Shown here in pieces: positions 62,148 to 64,000 of a stretch of DNA of 64,000 nucleotides. A model generated the notes under the pieces. The model saw only the letters and a list, made by a program, of their open reading frames with translations, was not told the origin of the DNA and searched no databases. The translations under genes were made by a program, and so were the position numbers. The DNA lies in IMG/VR virus record IMGVR_UViG_3300036971_000112, positions 4,536 to 68,535 of that record; one strand, written 5' to 3'. Position 1 is the stretch's first letter. Every line of letters begins with the position of its first letter. This DNA is from a virus (Duplodnaviria; Caudoviricetes).

Positions 62148-62153
62148 CCCAGT

Positions 62154-62208
62154 TTTACAAAAACCCAACCAAACCTTATACTCTACTGAACTCACACCTC
62201 AGTAGAGA
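62154..62208 (+). promoter_or_regulatory. promoter and RBS-sequestering hairpin of the holin-like gene
   Basis: TTTACA-17-TATACT; CTCTACTGA/TCAGTAGAG stem. Confidence 0.55.
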
Positions 62209-62217
62209 TTAACCCTT

Positions 62218-62541
62218 ATGGCTGCCGAACCAGCGACAACCCTCTTCGGAGTTAAACATTCCGCCCTGTTAGCAGGTTTCGTAGGAAGCTTAGTTGCTTT
62301 AACCTTCCTACGAGAACTAACACGGTTTCAAATGTTAGCAGCTCTCGGCACAGGATTAGCCACTTCGACTTACCTCACCCCTTTGGCCATGTACTACTTT
62401 AGTGTCACTCAGGACATGAATGACGGGGTAGCTTTTCTGCTGGGTGTCGTTGCCATGAATGTCATCCCTGCTGTAATTGCGGTTTCCGAATCTATCAAGG
62501 ATGACCTTTTAGCGATCATTAAAAAATTCATGTCAAAATAG
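62218..62541 (+). CDS. putative holin
   Basis: 107 aa, 2-3 TM segments, AGFVGSLVAL and VAFLLG motifs, basic C-terminus. Confidence 0.65.
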   Translation: MAAEPATTLFGVKHSALLAGFVGSLVALTFLRELTRFQMLAALGTGLATSTYLTPLAMYYFSVTQDMNDGVAFLLGVVAMNVIPAVIAVSESIKDDLLAIIKKFMSK

Positions 62542-62551
62542 GTAGCCTCCT

Positions 62552-62839
62552 ATGTTCACACTCCCTTTGCTCGTCGTCCTTAACACGTTTGTCTCAGGGG
62601 TCATCTTATTTGAAGCCCTGTGTGCCATGAACCAAATGTCTCGTAAGACCCCACATAAATTGCGAATAGCTTACCTGCTTCTAAGCATCGGGGCTGTATG
62701 CACCCCATTTGCCGCAACATCCCCCTCCCTTCTGATGAATCTGTCAATTGCTTATTTGTTGTTTATTCATCAACCTAAACAGGCTATACTGAGCGGAAAT
62801 CAGAAACATTTTTTTGTAGGCGGAAAGACACATGGCTAA
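62552..62839 (+). CDS. putative holin/antiholin-like membrane protein
   Basis: 95 aa, three hydrophobic segments. Confidence 0.5.
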   Translation: MFTLPLLVVLNTFVSGVILFEALCAMNQMSRKTPHKLRIAYLLLSIGAVCTPFAATSPSLLMNLSIAYLLFIHQPKQAILSGNQKHFFVGGKTHG

Positions 62840-64000
62840 TCAATGGTTAACAGGATCAGGCGTACCGTCATTAGGTATTGGTCAAGTTACAGACTATTAC
62901 CGTGATACGGTAAGCAACCTTGTGTACTACCGCGAGAATGCTTTCACATGGGTAGTTGTCCCCGCTTTTACACCTAGCCCTGATGGCATTGGCACGACTT
63001 GGTTGCATGGTAATCTTCCCCCTTTGACGGGTCAAGGTAGTGATGGCGACTACTTCTATGAAGACACACACAAAATTGTTTACCGTAAGGAAGGAGCTAC
63101 TTGGGTTCCTAAAGGCAGTTTAGATTTTATTGGTCTCTATGGCGTTCAATGGGGCAACGGTTTAGGCGCACCCACGTCAACAGTCCCATTAAATAATCTA
63201 CCAGCAGGCTCTTTTTACTTAGATGTGGAAACCTCCGACATCTATTTCAAAAACTCTACTATGGTTTGGGAGTTGAAAGGTCAGCTAGGCGACGGTGGCG
63301 GTGGCGGAAGTTCAGTCACTGTGGAAGACGTGCTTAATTCAACTAGCACGGTTAATGCTTTATCTGCAAACCAAGGTAAAGTGCTAAACGACACCTTAGC
63401 TCTCACAGCTCCACTAGCCTCTCCAGCCTTAACAGGCACCCCAACTGCCCCGCTTGCCCTTCCCAACACAAATACCACGCAGGTTGCGACTACTTCGTTT
63501 GTCCGTCAAGAAATCAATGCGATAACACCTAGCTCTATTGGAGCTGAGAACCAAGCTAATAAGGTAACTAATCTTAGTGTGCCTAGTGATACTACTTTTC
63601 CTAGTACAAATGCAGTAATTGCAGGACTAGGAAATAAACAAGCAGCAGATGCAACTCTGACAGCACTTGCAGGATTAAATGCCACAGCAGGGGTTCTTGT
63701 AGAAACTGCTGCTGATACATTCACTAAGCGGACTATTACAGGCACAGCCTCGCAGGTTACAGTTACTAATGGGGATGGTGTAAGTGGTAATCCTACCATT
63801 AGTTTACCTGCAAGTGGAGTTACTGCTAATACTTATGGTAGTGCTAGTGCAATACCTGTGGTGACTGTTAACGATCAAGGTGTGGTTACTCTTGTAACAA
63901 CGGCTGCCGTAACGTCCCCCACAGTGTTCAGTGACTCTGCCTTCCGCATACAAGACAACGCTGATGCTAATAAGATATTGGCTTTTGAGGTAAGCGGCAT
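62832..64000 (+). CDS. second tail fibre/spike, truncated by window end (not in ORF track)
   Basis: Manual translation [17 protein letters not shown]...; open to the window end; [23 protein letters not shown] and [11 protein letters not shown]...TTQVATT.FV fibre motifs. Confidence 0.8.
   Translation, partial: MANQWLTGSGVPSLGIGQVTDYYRDTVSNLVYYRENAFTWVVVPAFTPSPDGIGTTWLHGNLPPLTGQGSDGDYFYEDTHKIVYRKEGATWVPKGSLDFIGLYGVQWGNGLGAPTSTVPLNNLPAGSFYLDVETSDIYFKNSTMVWELKGQLGDGGGGGSSVTVEDVLNSTSTVNALSANQGKVLNDTLALTAPLASPALTGTPTAPLALPNTNTTQVATTSFVRQEINAITPSSIGAENQANKVTNLSVPSDTTFPSTNAVIAGLGNKQAADATLTALAGLNATAGVLVETAADTFTKRTITGTASQVTVTNGDGVSGNPTISLPASGVTANTYGSASAIPVVTVNDQGVVTLVTTAAVTSPTVFSDSAFRIQDNADANKILAFEVSG

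Noticed and set aside
1-64000. Stop-codon reassignment
   Set aside because: Core genes are intact in the standard code, TAA, TAG and TGA all end genes, and the only tRNA has a normal CCA anticodon.
58111-64000. Diversity-generating retroelement or invertible fibre cassette
   Set aside because: No reverse transcriptase, invertase or template/variable repeat pair seen in the window.

Overview
A ~64 kb segment of a tailed dsDNA phage with a lambda-like siphovirus tail; no integrase, CI-type repressor or endolysin is visible in the window. Minus strand, 1-20.3 kb: MazG-like pyrophosphohydrolase, SbcCD/Mre11-Rad50, DEDDh exonuclease, RecU-like resolvase, SF2 helicase, and a cassette-like early region with a pentapeptide-repeat protein, ArdC and a divergent DUF1874/AcrIII-1-like protein. 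20.3-23.8 kb: largely non-coding and rich in inverted and tandem repeats around one VNTR-containing gene, probably an origin and/or genome termini. Minus strand, 23.8-28.8 kb: primase-helicase module. Plus strand, 28.9-49.3 kb: terminase, portal, head, neck, tail and a 2430-aa tape measure protein. An SSB-like/5'-3' exonuclease/PolA/Rha module at 49.8-55 kb splits the tail operon, followed by tail-tip, fibre and holin-like genes. Best leads: (1) two ant/rha genes share a ~190-nt promoter-leader with compensatory base changes in several helices and its own 7-nt loop-bulge pairing (CI/C4-like RNA switch); (2) two paralogous HNH-AP2 genes share a second covarying three-way-junction leader; (3) a ~5x35-bp spacer-less array enclosed by inverted repeats, possibly a decoy RNA; (4) an AcrIII-1-like gene whose apparent start codon is ATC; (5) a tRNA-Trp embedded in a ~390-nt RNA closed by a basal stem; (6) two related origin-like loci 29 kb apart. 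All family assignments come from motif recognition by eye, not database searches. Several starts were moved from the ORF track to the RBS-supported codon.
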